A DNA stretch of 64,000 nucleotides from Rhodobacterales bacterium (GTDB lineage: Bacteria; Pseudomonadota; Alphaproteobacteria; Rhodobacterales; Rhodobacteraceae). How positions within the stretch are numbered: position 1 is the stretch's first letter; the number at the start of each line of letters is the position of its first letter. Under the pieces are notes generated by a model, which was not told the DNA's origin, searched no databases, and saw nothing but the letters and a program-made list of their open reading frames with translations. The DNA is taken from contig JBBRCF010000003.1 in the NCBI GenBank assembly GCA_038205135.1, positions 1,312-65,311 on the forward strand, given 5' to 3'. Positions 38,969-49,005 of the stretch are shown in pieces. Both the position numbers and the translations under genes were made by a program.

Positions 38969-39799
38969 TCAGTACCGGTCGGCCGAGGCGGGATAGACCC
39001 CCAGCACCTTGTGGGTGTGGGTGAAATAATCCAGCTCTTCCAGCGCGCGGGCGACGTGGGCATCGCCGGGGTGGCCTTCGATATCGGCATAGAACTGCGT
39101 AGCGGTGAAACTGCCGCCGACCATGTAGCTTTCCAGTTTCGTCATGTTGACGCCGTTGGTCGCAAAGCCCCCCATCGCCTTGTACAGCGCGGCAGGAATG
39201 TTGCGGACCTGAAAGATGAAGGTGGTCATCATGTGGTCCGACCGGCGCGACAGGTCTTTGGCAGGCGACATCAGCAGGAAACGCGTCGTGTTGTGGCCGT
39301 GATCCTCGATATCGCGCGCCAGCACATCCAGCCCGTAGATGCGCGCGGCGATTTCGGACGCCAGCACGCCTTCGCCCGCCGTGCGATGTTGGGCCAGTTC
39401 GGCGGCGGCACCCGCGCTGTCGGCGGCGGCCTCGGCCGCGATGCCATGTGCGCGCAGGAACGTGCGGGCCTGCGGGATCAGCACCAGATGCGCGCGCACC
39501 TTGCGGATATCGGCCAGCGTTACGCCCGGCAAACCCATCAGCGCGATCCGCACCCGCACGAACACCTCGTCCACGATGTGCAGCCCGCTGTCGGGCAGCA
39601 GGCGGTGAATGTCGGCGACCCGGCCATACGTCGAATTTTCCACCGGCAGCATCGCCAGATCGGCGCGGTGATCGCGCACCGCGTCGATCACCTCTTCGAA
39701 AGTGGCGCAGGGCAGCGGGTCCATGGCGGGGCGGGCCATCGTGCAGGCCTCGTGGCCATAGGCCCCCAGCGCGCCTTGAAATGCGATGCGATTTGTCAT
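38969..39799 (-). CDS. pheA: Prephenate dehydratase
   Basis: PDT domain (IAFQGALGAY, ENSTYGRV, TRF motif NTTRFL) plus a C-terminal ACT domain. Confidence 0.92.
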   Translation of the reverse strand: MTNRIAFQGALGAYGHEACTMARPAMDPLPCATFEEVIDAVRDHRADLAMLPVENSTYGRVADIHRLLPDSGLHIVDEVFVRVRIALMGLPGVTLADIRKVRAHLVLIPQARTFLRAHGIAAEAAADSAGAAAELAQHRTAGEGVLASEIAARIYGLDVLARDIEDHGHNTTRFLLMSPAKDLSRRSDHMMTTFIFQVRNIPAALYKAMGGFATNGVNMTKLESYMVGGSFTATQFYADIEGHPGDAHVARALEELDYFTHTHKVLGVYPASADRY

Positions 39800-39936
39800 G
39801 ACTTTTTCCTCGGTTTTACCGCTTGCAGGCCATCCTCAGGTGCGGATGGGCGATTGGTCGCGGTAAGTAAACCTTGCCCGTGACAAGTGGAAGCGATAGA
39901 TAGCCGCGCGACGCAATCCTCAAGGACGGGCGAACA

Positions 39937-40452
39937 ATGTTCGATACGATGACACTCACGAAGGTCGTTGGCGCGCTGTGCGGGTCACTTCTTATTCTTT
40001 TGTTGGGCAAATTTGCTGCGGAAGAACTGTATCACGTCGGCGTTGATTACGGCAGTGAGGTCAAACAAGCCTATGTGATCGACACCGGCGAAGAAGACGT
40101 GGCCGAAGTCGAAGAAACCGTTGACGTGGTCGCGATTCTGGCTTCGGGCGACGCCGCGGCAGGGGAAAAAGTGTTCTCGAAATGCTCGGCATGCCACAAG
40201 ATGGAAGCGGGTGTGAATGCCACTGGACCGTACCTGCATGGCGTCGTCGGCCGCGCGGTCGGGGCCGCCACCGGATTTGCGGCCTATTCAGGCGCGTTGT
40301 CGGCGGTGGCCGATGTCTGGTCGCCGGAAAACCTGTACGCCTTCCTTGAAAACCCAAAGGCCTATGCTCCGGGCAACAAGATGTCTTATGCCGGTCTGAA
40401 AAAGTCCGAAGACCGCGCGAACCTGATCGCCTATTTGGCAACCTACCAGTAA
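39937..40452 (+). CDS. cycM: Membrane-anchored c-type cytochrome (CycM/c552-like)
   Basis: N-terminal TM anchor, acidic linker, CSACH haem site and a distal Met (NKMSYAG). Confidence 0.8.
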   Translation: MFDTMTLTKVVGALCGSLLILLLGKFAAEELYHVGVDYGSEVKQAYVIDTGEEDVAEVEETVDVVAILASGDAAAGEKVFSKCSACHKMEAGVNATGPYLHGVVGRAVGAATGFAAYSGALSAVADVWSPENLYAFLENPKAYAPGNKMSYAGLKKSEDRANLIAYLATYQ

Positions 40453-40470
40453 ACGCGCGTCAGCTTGTTC

Positions 40471-40505
40471 AAGGTCGCCCGGCATCGTGCCAAGGCGGCC
40501 TTTTT
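40471..40505 (+). terminator. Terminator after the cytochrome c gene
   Basis: AAGGTCGCC...GGCGGCCTT stem (one G-U pair) followed by a T run. Confidence 0.7.
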
Positions 40506-40620
40506 CATGGCCACAAGGCCCAATTCACGTAATCGCGTCTTGAAACTGACCCGGTGCCCTGCCTAGCCTAAGGTTCACGAAGAAGCCCGCGATGGCCCCC
40601 GCTACAGGAGGATTTGCCCG

Positions 40621-42480
40621 ATGATGTTCCGTGTTCTGGCGTTGTTGCTGGCCGCTTTGCTGACCTTGGGCAATGTGGCCCCGGCGCAGGTCGTGCCCGA
40701 GGACAAGATCATCCGGGCGCATGGCATTTCGACCTTTGGCGACCTGAAATACCCCGAGGGTTTTGCGCATTTCGACTATGTGAACCCCGATGCCCCCAAG
40801 GGCGGCACCTTTTCCACCTGGGGCTTCGGCACCTTTGACAGCCTTACGCCCTATATCCTGAAGGGCAACGCCGCCACGCTGTCGACGATTTTCTTTGACA
40901 GCCTGATGACCGGCACGCTGGATGAACCGGACTCGCTGTACGGCCTGCTGGCCCATACCATCGAATATCCCGAAAGCCGCCAATTTGCGATTTTCCATCT
41001 GCGGCCCGAGGCCCGGTTTTCGGATGGCACGCCGGTGACCGCGGATGACGTGGTGTTTTCTTTCGAGATCCTGCGCGACAAGGGCCAGCCCACCTACAAG
41101 GTGCTGTTCAAGGATTTCGCCGCCGTCGAGGCGATTGACCCGTTGACGGTCAGGTTCACCTTTCAACCCGGCGGTGCCCTGCGCGAATTGCCGATGACCG
41201 CCGCCGGACTGCCGGTGTTTTCACGCGCCTATTACGCCACGCGCGATTTCGCGGAATCCACGCTTGAACCGCCGATGGGGTCCGGGCCCTATCTGCTGGA
41301 CAGCGTCGATGCCGGGCGCAGCGTGACCTACAAACGCCGCGACGATTACTGGGCGCGCGATCTGAACGTGAACCGCGGGCAGAGCAATTTCGACCGGTTG
41401 TCCGTCACCTATTTCGCCGATTACACCACCGCGTTCGAGGGGTTCAAAGCCGGTTCCTACATGTACCGCGAAGAATTCCTGTCCACGCTGTGGGCCACCG
41501 GCTATGATTTCCCGGCCATGAAGAGCGGTCATGTGAAACGCGAAATCGTGCCGGATGGCCGTCCCGCCGGCACCCAGGGCTGGTGGTTCAACCTGCGGCG
41601 CCCGGTTTTTGCCGATCCGCGCGTGCGTCAGGCCATTGGCATGGCATTCAATTTCGAATGGGCGAATGACAGCCTGTTCTACAACATCTACACCCGCACC
41701 GACAGTTTCTGGGAAAACTCGACCATGCAGGCCGAGGGGATGCCATCGCCTGCCGAACTGGCGCTGCTGGAACCATTGCGGGCCGATCTGCCGCCCGAAG
41801 TGTTCACCGAACCCGCCGTCAGCCCCGCCCCATCGCCGGCGGACAAGAATACCGACCGCCGCACCATCAGCAGGGCGGGCGCCATCCTTGATGCCGCAGG
41901 CTGGACTGTGGCCGCAGATGGCATCCGGGTGAACGCGGCCGGTGAACGGCTGTCGGTCGAAATGCTGAACGACAGCCCCAGTTTTGAACGGATCATGACC
42001 CCCTTCATCGAAAACCTGACCCGGCTGGGGGTTGCGGTGCGTGCCACCCGGGTTGATTCGACCGAAGCCGAGGAACGCGAAAAGACATTCAATTTCGACA
42101 TCACCACGCGGCGTTATGCCATGAGCCAGACGCCGGGCATCGAATTGCGCGGCATCTTCGGGTCCGAAGCCGCCGTGGCACAGGGGTCGGCGAACATCTC
42201 GGGGGTGGACAGTCCCGCCGTTGATGCGCTGATCAAGCTGGTCGAGGATGCAGAAACCCGCGAGGATCTGGTGACCGCGGTCAAGGCGCTGGACCGCGTT
42301 CTGCGGGCGATGCACATCTGGGTGCCGCAATGGTACAAGCCGGAACATAACATCGCCTATTTCGACATGTACGAACGGCCCTTCGCCGACCCGCCGCCGT
42401 ATGGCATCGGTGAGGCGTCGATCTGGTGGTACAACCCCGACAAGGCCGCCGCCTTGAAGGCCGCAGGCGTGATCCGGTAA
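40621..42480 (+). CDS. yejA: ABC transporter substrate-binding protein, family 5 (YejA-like peptide/microcin C importer)
   Basis: 619 aa with a signal peptide; first gene of a yejABEF-ordered operon. Confidence 0.82.
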   Translation: MMFRVLALLLAALLTLGNVAPAQVVPEDKIIRAHGISTFGDLKYPEGFAHFDYVNPDAPKGGTFSTWGFGTFDSLTPYILKGNAATLSTIFFDSLMTGTLDEPDSLYGLLAHTIEYPESRQFAIFHLRPEARFSDGTPVTADDVVFSFEILRDKGQPTYKVLFKDFAAVEAIDPLTVRFTFQPGGALRELPMTAAGLPVFSRAYYATRDFAESTLEPPMGSGPYLLDSVDAGRSVTYKRRDDYWARDLNVNRGQSNFDRLSVTYFADYTTAFEGFKAGSYMYREEFLSTLWATGYDFPAMKSGHVKREIVPDGRPAGTQGWWFNLRRPVFADPRVRQAIGMAFNFEWANDSLFYNIYTRTDSFWENSTMQAEGMPSPAELALLEPLRADLPPEVFTEPAVSPAPSPADKNTDRRTISRAGAILDAAGWTVAADGIRVNAAGERLSVEMLNDSPSFERIMTPFIENLTRLGVAVRATRVDSTEAEEREKTFNFDITTRRYAMSQTPGIELRGIFGSEAAVAQGSANISGVDSPAVDALIKLVEDAETREDLVTAVKALDRVLRAMHIWVPQWYKPEHNIAYFDMYERPFADPPPYGIGEASIWWYNPDKAAALKAAGVIR

Positions 42481-42490
42481 GACAACGCGC

Positions 42491-43579
42491 ATGGGGGCCT
42501 ATATCCTTCGCCGTCTGGCACTGGTGATCCCGACCCTGTTCGGAATCCTGCTGGTGAATTTCGTGCTGACGCAGTTTGTCCCGGGCGGACCGATCGAACA
42601 GATTCTGGCGGAACTGGACGGGCAGGGCGATGCGTTGCAAAGCATTTCCGGCGGCGGCGATGCCGGTACCCAAGGCACCGGGGCGGAACAGGGCTATCTG
42701 GGTGCGCGGGGGTTGCCGCCTGAATTCATCGCCGAACTGGAACGCGAATTCGGTTTCGACAAACCACCCTTGGAACGTTTCCTGACCATGGTCTGGAACT
42801 ACCTGCGGCTGGATTTCGGCGACAGCTATTTCCGGTCGATTTCCGTGATCGATCTGGTGGTCGAAAAGATGCCGGTGTCGATCACGCTGGGCCTGTGGTC
42901 GACCGTCATCGCCTATCTGGTGTCGATCCCGCTGGGCATCGCCAAGGCGGTGCGGGACGGATCATCGTTTGATACCTGGACCAGCGCCGTGGTGATCGTG
43001 GCCTATGCCATTCCCGGTTTCCTGTTCGGGGTACTGCTGATCGTGCTGTTTGCAGGCGGATCATATTACCAGATCTTTCCCTTGGGCGGACTGACCAGCG
43101 AACAACGTATCTGGGATACGCTGACGCCGCTGCAAAAGGTCGGTGATTACCTGTGGCACATCACGCTGCCGGTGATCGCGTCGACCATTTCGGCTTTTGC
43201 CACGCTGACGCTGCTGACGAAAAACAGTTTTCTGGACGAGGTGCGCAAGCAATACGTGATGACCGCCCGCGCCAAGGGGCTGACGGAACGGCGCGTGCTG
43301 TATGGCCATGTGTTCCGCAATGCGATGCTGATCGTGATCGCGGGGTTTCCGGCGGTCTTCATCGGCGTGTTCTTTGGCGGGTCGCTGATCATCGAGACGA
43401 TCTTTTCGCTGGATGGTCTGGGGCGGCTGGGGTTCGAGGCGGCGGTACAGCGTGATTACCCGGTGGTGTTCGGCACATTGTTCATCTTTGGCCTGATCGG
43501 GCTGGTGACCGGCATCCTGTCGGACCTGATGTACGTGCTGGTCGATCCCCGCATCGATTTCGAGCGGAGAGAGGGATGA
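42491..43579 (+). CDS. yejB: ABC transporter permease YejB
   Basis: Oligopeptide-type permease with the EAA loop (ARAKGL). Confidence 0.86.
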   Translation: MGAYILRRLALVIPTLFGILLVNFVLTQFVPGGPIEQILAELDGQGDALQSISGGGDAGTQGTGAEQGYLGARGLPPEFIAELEREFGFDKPPLERFLTMVWNYLRLDFGDSYFRSISVIDLVVEKMPVSITLGLWSTVIAYLVSIPLGIAKAVRDGSSFDTWTSAVVIVAYAIPGFLFGVLLIVLFAGGSYYQIFPLGGLTSEQRIWDTLTPLQKVGDYLWHITLPVIASTISAFATLTLLTKNSFLDEVRKQYVMTARAKGLTERRVLYGHVFRNAMLIVIAGFPAVFIGVFFGGSLIIETIFSLDGLGRLGFEAAVQRDYPVVFGTLFIFGLIGLVTGILSDLMYVLVDPRIDFERREG

Positions 43580-44682
43580 CCCTGTCGCCGCTGAACGCCC
43601 GCCGCTGGGCCAATTTCAAGGCGAACCGGCGCGCGTTCTGGTCGCTGTGGATATTTCTGGTGCTGTTCGGCGCGTCGCTGTGTGCCGAGTTCATCGCCAA
43701 TGACAAACCGATCCTGGTGCAGTACCGGGGCGAATATTACACGCCGATCTTTGCGTTCTACCCCGAAACCGCATTCGGCGGCGAGTTCCAGACCGAGGCC
43801 GCCTATCGCGACCCCGAGGTGAAATGCCTGATCGCCACTGGCGGCGTCGAGGCCTGTCTGGACGACCCCGAGGGGTTGTTGGCGCAAGCGGAAACCGGCA
43901 TCGTGAACGGGCAGGCGATCACGCCGGGTTGGGCGGTGTTCCCGCCGATCCCCTACAGTTTCAACACCATCGTGGACCGCCCTGGCGCCGCCCCCCTGCC
44001 GCCCGGCGAGTCGAACCTGCTGGGCACCGATGCCGCCAAACGCGATGTGCTGGCGCGGGTGATCTACGGCTTTCGGCTGTCGATCCTGTTCACGCTGATC
44101 GTCACGGTGCTGACGTCAATTATCGGAATTGCCGCCGGCGCGGTGCAGGGATTTTTCGGCGGGCGCACCGATCTGATATTCCAGCGGGTTATCGAAATCT
44201 GGAGCGCGATACCGTCCCTGTATGTCATCATCATCCTGTTCGCCATTCTGGGGCGGTCATTCTGGCTGCTGGTGTTCATCACCGTGCTGTTCGGCTGGAC
44301 CGCACTGGTGGGCGTGGTGCGGGCCGAATTCCTGCGGGCGCGCAATCTGGAATATGTCCGCGCGGCGCGCGCGCTGGGCGTGTCGGACCGGGTGATCATG
44401 TTCCGCCACATGCTGCCCAATGCCATGGTTGCCACCATCACCATGCTGCCGTTTATCGTCACCGGCACGATTGCCACGCTGGCCGCGCTGGATTTTCTGG
44501 GCTTTGGCTTGCCGTCTTCGTCACCGTCGCTGGGTGAATTGACCCGGCAGGCCAAGGAAAACCTTGATGCGCCTTGGCTGGCCTTCACCGCGTTTTTCGT
44601 GTTTGCGGGCATGCTGTCGCTGTTAGTGTTCATCTTTGAAGGCGTGCGCGACGCCTTTGACCCGCGAAAGACCTTTGCATGA
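43576..44682 (+). CDS. yejE: ABC transporter permease YejE
   Basis: Second permease ([13 protein letters not shown] loop). ATGA overlap with yejB. Confidence 0.86.
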   Translation: MTLSPLNARRWANFKANRRAFWSLWIFLVLFGASLCAEFIANDKPILVQYRGEYYTPIFAFYPETAFGGEFQTEAAYRDPEVKCLIATGGVEACLDDPEGLLAQAETGIVNGQAITPGWAVFPPIPYSFNTIVDRPGAAPLPPGESNLLGTDAAKRDVLARVIYGFRLSILFTLIVTVLTSIIGIAAGAVQGFFGGRTDLIFQRVIEIWSAIPSLYVIIILFAILGRSFWLLVFITVLFGWTALVGVVRAEFLRARNLEYVRAARALGVSDRVIMFRHMLPNAMVATITMLPFIVTGTIATLAALDFLGFGLPSSSPSLGELTRQAKENLDAPWLAFTAFFVFAGMLSLLVFIFEGVRDAFDPRKTFA

Positions 44683-46286
44683 GCCTGCTGGACGTTCGCG
44701 ACCTGCGCGTGACCTTTCGTCAGGATGGCCGCGATGTGGCTGCGGTCAAAGGCGTGACATTTGCGCTGAACCGGGGCGAAACCGTTGCGCTGGTCGGCGA
44801 AAGCGGATCGGGTAAATCGGTGTCGGCGCTGGCGACCGTCGGGCTGTTGGGATCCAATGCGCGCATCACGGGGTCCGTCACCTATGATGGCCAACAGATG
44901 GTCGGCGCGTCAGAGGCGCTGCTGCGCAAGGTGCGCGGCAACGACATCAGTTTCATCTTTCAGGAACCGATGACCTCGCTCAACCCGCTGCACACCATCG
45001 AAAAACAGCTTGGCGAAAGCCTGGCGTTGCATCAGGGGCTGGCGGGCGATGCCGCGCGGGCGCGGATTCTGGAGCTGCTGGCCAAGGTCGGCATCCGTGA
45101 CGCCGCCTCGCGCCTGTCGGCCTATCCGCATCAACTGTCGGGCGGGCAACGCCAGCGGGTGATGATCGCCATGGCGCTGGCCAACAAACCTGATGTGCTG
45201 ATCGCCGATGAACCGACCACCGCGCTGGATGTGACCATTCAGGCGCAGATCCTTGACCTGTTGGCAGACCTGAAGCGCAGCGAAAACATGGGGCTGCTGT
45301 TCATCACCCATGATCTGGGCATCGTGCGCCGCATCGCCGACCGGGTCTGCGTCATGCGGCAGGGCGAAATCGTCGAACAGGGCCCGGTGTCGGATGTGTT
45401 CGGGGCCCCGCAGCACCCCTATACCCGGATGCTGCTGGCGGCACGGTCGGTGGGCGTGCCCGATCCGGTGGCGCCGGACGCCCCCGAGGTGTTGCGGACC
45501 GACCATCTGCGAGTCTGGTTCCCGATCCAGCAGGGGTTGTTGAAACGCACCGTCGGCCATGTAAAGGCGGTGAACGACGCAAGCATATCCGTGCGCGCGG
45601 GCGAAACGCTGGGCATTGTCGGTGAAAGCGGGTCGGGCAAGACGACGCTGGCGCTGGCGATCATGCGGCTGATCGCGTCGGATGGCGGGATCACCTTTCG
45701 GGGCAGCGACCTGCGTGCGTTGAATACCCGCGACCTGCGCGCCTTGCGCCGCGACATGCAGATCGTGTTTCAGGACCCGTTCGGCAGCCTGTCGCCGCGC
45801 ATGACCTGTCAGCAGATCATCGCCGAAGGACTGGGCGTTCACGACGTCGAACCCGGCCGCGACCGCCGTGACATGGTGGCCGAGGTGATGACCGAGGTTG
45901 GCCTGGACCCGGCGTCGATGCACCGCTATCCGCATGAATTTTCCGGCGGCCAACGCCAGCGCATCGCGATTGCCCGCGCCATGATCCTGCGCCCGAAACT
46001 GGTGGTGCTGGACGAACCGACATCGGCGCTGGACATGACGGTGCAGGTACAGATCGTCGATCTGTTGCGCGGGTTGCAGAGGAAATACGGGCTGGCCTAT
46101 CTGTTCATCAGCCATGACCTGACCGTTGTGCGCGCCATGAGCCACAAGGTCATCGTGATGCAGGCCGGCGACGTCGTCGAGGCGGGCACGGCTGCCGAGA
46201 TGTTTCAGGCACCGCGCACCGACTATGCCAGAACGCTATTGGAGGCGTCGCTTGGCGCGGCTATTCACGATCCCCAAACGGACTGA
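44679..46286 (+). CDS. yejF: ABC transporter ATP-binding protein YejF (fused double ATPase)
   Basis: Two Walker A sites ([16 protein letters not shown]) and two LSGGQRQR signatures. Confidence 0.9.
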   Translation: MSLLDVRDLRVTFRQDGRDVAAVKGVTFALNRGETVALVGESGSGKSVSALATVGLLGSNARITGSVTYDGQQMVGASEALLRKVRGNDISFIFQEPMTSLNPLHTIEKQLGESLALHQGLAGDAARARILELLAKVGIRDAASRLSAYPHQLSGGQRQRVMIAMALANKPDVLIADEPTTALDVTIQAQILDLLADLKRSENMGLLFITHDLGIVRRIADRVCVMRQGEIVEQGPVSDVFGAPQHPYTRMLLAARSVGVPDPVAPDAPEVLRTDHLRVWFPIQQGLLKRTVGHVKAVNDASISVRAGETLGIVGESGSGKTTLALAIMRLIASDGGITFRGSDLRALNTRDLRALRRDMQIVFQDPFGSLSPRMTCQQIIAEGLGVHDVEPGRDRRDMVAEVMTEVGLDPASMHRYPHEFSGGQRQRIAIARAMILRPKLVVLDEPTSALDMTVQVQIVDLLRGLQRKYGLAYLFISHDLTVVRAMSHKVIVMQAGDVVEAGTAAEMFQAPRTDYARTLLEASLGAAIHDPQTD

Positions 46287-46318
46287 CGCCAATTCGCATC
46301 TGATGCGAATTGGCGTCA
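46284..46318. terminator. 17-bp perfect palindrome between the convergent yejF and hns-like genes
   Basis: TGACGCCAATTCGCATC-t-GATGCGAATTGGCGTCA, starting at the yejF stop codon and followed by ATTTACTCTT. Confidence 0.65.
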
Positions 46319-46379
46319 TTTACTCTTGGTTGAATTGGCGCAAATTGGCGCCAGATCATACCAAAGGTCTGAACTGCGA

Positions 46380-46700
46380 TCAGATCGCCAGTTCGTCCAG
46401 CGATTTGCCTTCGGCCAATGCGGCACGAACCCAATCGGGGCGGCGGCCTTTGCCGGTCCAGGTCGCGCTGGTATCCGCCGGATTGCGATAGCGGGCAATG
46501 CCGGGCATCTTTTGGGACGACTTGCGCACCGCGCCGATCAGTTCCGCGAGGCTGAACCCCATCTCGCGCGCCTTTTCTTCAAGCGCGGCCAGAGCGCGGG
46601 ATTTTTCGCGGTCGGCAAATTCCTCGATCGCTCGGGTTACCTGCTTGTGGAGTGATTTGAGGTCCGAAAGGCTGAAGCCGTCCAGATCGATATGTGCCAT
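46380..46700 (-). CDS. H-NS family nucleoid-associated protein (HvrA/Spb-like)
   Basis: 106 aa with an N-terminal coiled coil and a C-terminal DNA-binding motif (YRNPADTSATWTGKGRRPDW). AT-rich upstream region. Confidence 0.8.
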   Translation of the reverse strand: MAHIDLDGFSLSDLKSLHKQVTRAIEEFADREKSRALAALEEKAREMGFSLAELIGAVRKSSQKMPGIARYRNPADTSATWTGKGRRPDWVRAALAEGKSLDELAI

Positions 46701-46887
46701 TGTCCGTTCCTTTTCAGCGCGGTTGCGCAATTTTCGGGGCATTCCAATGACTGGAATAATCGCCAATTCCGATAACATCCGGTAATATGACAGATCAAAT
46801 ACATTCGCAACGAAAAATATCCACAGCCGTAATGCAGAACCGCCGGAGTTTCCCCCGGCGGCGGTAATTTTCCGACATGCGGACGGA

Positions 46888-47865
46888 TCAGATTGTCAGA
46901 ATGGTGGACCCGGTGGTGGCCCGCGCCTCCAGCGCGCGATGCGCATCGGCCACCTGATCCAGCGGGAAACGCTGATCGATCACGATTTTCACCGCGCCAG
47001 AGGTCACTTTGGCAAACAGCATGCGCGCCATTTCCTGACAGGTGGCGTGATCGGCGATGTGGGTGAACAGGGTTGGCCGCGTCAACTGCAATGACCCTTT
47101 CGCCGCCAGTTTGCCGATATCCACCGGCGGCACCGGGCCGGACGCATTGCCGAACGACATCAGCATGCCGACCGGGCGCAGCGAATTCAGTGAGCCTTCG
47201 AAGGTATCGAGGCCGACGGCATCCATGACCACATCCACGCCGCGCCCGCCGGTCAGACGGCGGACCTCTGTCGCGAAATCCGGCGTGGTGCGATAGTTGA
47301 TGCAATGCGTCGCCCCGTTGGCCAGCGCCAGCGCGCATTTTTCATCGGTGCCCGCCGTGCCGATCAGGGTGATGCCTTCGGACCGCGCCCATTGGCAGGC
47401 GATCAGGCCCACGCCCCCGGCGGCGGCATGGAACAACACGGTATCGCCTGCCTTCAGCGGATAGGTGCGGTGGAACAAATAGACGACCGTCAGCCCTTTC
47501 AGCATCATCGCCGCGCCTTCGTCGAAGGAAATCGCATCCGGCAACGGGCAGACCTGTGCCGCTGGCATCACCCGCGCAGCGCAATAGGCGCCCGGTGGTT
47601 GGCTGGCATAGGCGGCACGCTGGCCGACGGACAGATGGGTGACGCCGTCGCCGACGGCCTCGATGACGCCGGCGGCCTCCATCCCCATCGCGTGCGGCAG
47701 CGGCAGTGGGTACAGGCCGGTGCGCTGATAGACGTCGATGTAGTTCAGTCCCGCGGCATGGTGGCGGATGCGCACCTGGCCGTGGCCGGGTGCGCCTACG
47801 TCGCGATCCACGATGCGGAACGCCTCGGGTCCGCCGAATGCCTCGATGATGACGGTCTGCGCCAT
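46888..47865 (-). CDS. qor: NADPH:quinone reductase (Qor, zeta-crystallin MDR family)
   Basis: GLNYIDVYQRTG and HAAAGGVG motifs; 325 aa. Confidence 0.88.
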   Translation of the reverse strand: MAQTVIIEAFGGPEAFRIVDRDVGAPGHGQVRIRHHAAGLNYIDVYQRTGLYPLPLPHAMGMEAAGVIEAVGDGVTHLSVGQRAAYASQPPGAYCAARVMPAAQVCPLPDAISFDEGAAMMLKGLTVVYLFHRTYPLKAGDTVLFHAAAGGVGLIACQWARSEGITLIGTAGTDEKCALALANGATHCINYRTTPDFATEVRRLTGGRGVDVVMDAVGLDTFEGSLNSLRPVGMLMSFGNASGPVPPVDIGKLAAKGSLQLTRPTLFTHIADHATCQEMARMLFAKVTSGAVKIVIDQRFPLDQVADAHRALEARATTGSTILTI

Positions 47866-47964
47866 GATTTGTCCTCCCCTGTGACTTCGGGGAGGAAAGG
47901 CCCTGCGTTGGCCGCCGTCAAGGGGCCGTCAAGCGGCAAATGCTGGCGCGGTCGCCTGCGCGCT

Positions 47965-48804
47965 CTAGTGCGCCATGAACACCGTGATGGAGGATTGTTC
48001 CAGCATGTTGCGAGTCGCGCCGCCAAGGATCGCCTCGCGGAACCGCGAATGGCCATAGGCGCCCATCACGATCAGGTCGGCTGCCACATCGGTGGCGTGG
48101 CGCAGCAGCACGTCCGACACCCTTGGCATCGTCTTGGCCAGCACGTCGATTTCCACTTTGACGCCCTGACGTGCCAGATATTGCGACAACAGCCCGCCGG
48201 GGTCGGACCGTGTTGCGCCATGGGCGGGCGGATCGATCACCACGACATGCACGGCATCGGCCGCGACCAGCAGCGGCATGGCAGCACGTACGGCGCGCAG
48301 GGCTTCGGTGCCTTCGTTCCAGCCGATGATGACCTTTTTGGGCTTTGCCACGACATGTCCCGGGCCAGGCACCACCAGCACCGGTGCCAGACCGTCGAAC
48401 ATGGCCGCCTCGATCACCGGTTCCAGTTCTGCGCCGCGATCCTTGCCATAGGGTTTCGGCAGCACGATCAGGTCGGCGAACCGCGCCCGGGCGGCCACGT
48501 GCCGGTTCAGGTCCGCCAGCTGCGCGACCCCCGAATCCGTGCCGAACCGCACGCCGGACTTGTCCAGCCGGGATTTCACCAGCGTCTCGACCGCCTTCGC
48601 CTCGGTTTCGGCGCGGGAGATGGTTTCCTGCAGGATCAGCGCATTGGCCCCGGCGTAATAGTATCCGGTCTGGGTGCGATCCACGCCTAGGCACAGCACA
48701 TCCAGGTGCGCGTCATGTTCGGTCGCCAGCGCGATCGCCTGATCCAGCACGGCGGGCACCAGATCGATATCGGTCAGAACGCTCAGGATGGATTTATAAG
48801 CCAT
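47965..48804 (-). CDS. Tandem-domain universal stress protein
   Basis: Two UspA domains (C-terminal GAYGHSRFRE...GGAT). Divergent from ccoN, like orf277 of Rhodobacter sphaeroides. Confidence 0.88.
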   Translation of the reverse strand: MAYKSILSVLTDIDLVPAVLDQAIALATEHDAHLDVLCLGVDRTQTGYYYAGANALILQETISRAETEAKAVETLVKSRLDKSGVRFGTDSGVAQLADLNRHVAARARFADLIVLPKPYGKDRGAELEPVIEAAMFDGLAPVLVVPGPGHVVAKPKKVIIGWNEGTEALRAVRAAMPLLVAADAVHVVVIDPPAHGATRSDPGGLLSQYLARQGVKVEIDVLAKTMPRVSDVLLRHATDVAADLIVMGAYGHSRFREAILGGATRNMLEQSSITVFMAH

Positions 48805-48865
48805 GATTGTCTCCTAAAAAAAGCAGCATCAAAATCAAGCATACAGGCGGCTGCGGTGCTTGGAC

Positions 48866-48879
48866 TTGATGCGTAGCAA
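48866..48879. promoter_or_regulatory. Degenerate FNR-type box TTGATGCGTAGCAA (usp-proximal)
   Basis: 9 of 10 half-site matches to TTGAT-N4-ATCAA. Its centre is 32 bp from the perfect box. Confidence 0.45.
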
Positions 48880-48897
48880 CTCCTGAGCCCCAAAAGC

Positions 48898-48911
48898 TTG
48901 ATACAGATCAA
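48898..48911. promoter_or_regulatory. Perfect FNR/FnrL box TTGATACAGATCAA upstream of ccoN
   Basis: Exact consensus dyad. Its centre is about 101 bp upstream of the ccoN ATG. Confidence 0.85.
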
Positions 48912-49005
48912 AGCGCCGCGTTCCTCTCGTAGCCCATGAAGGCCACAGACGAAAATTCGCCGCTGGTGTTTCGAATCATGCGGAAAAGACAAGAAGGGAC
49001 GGAAT

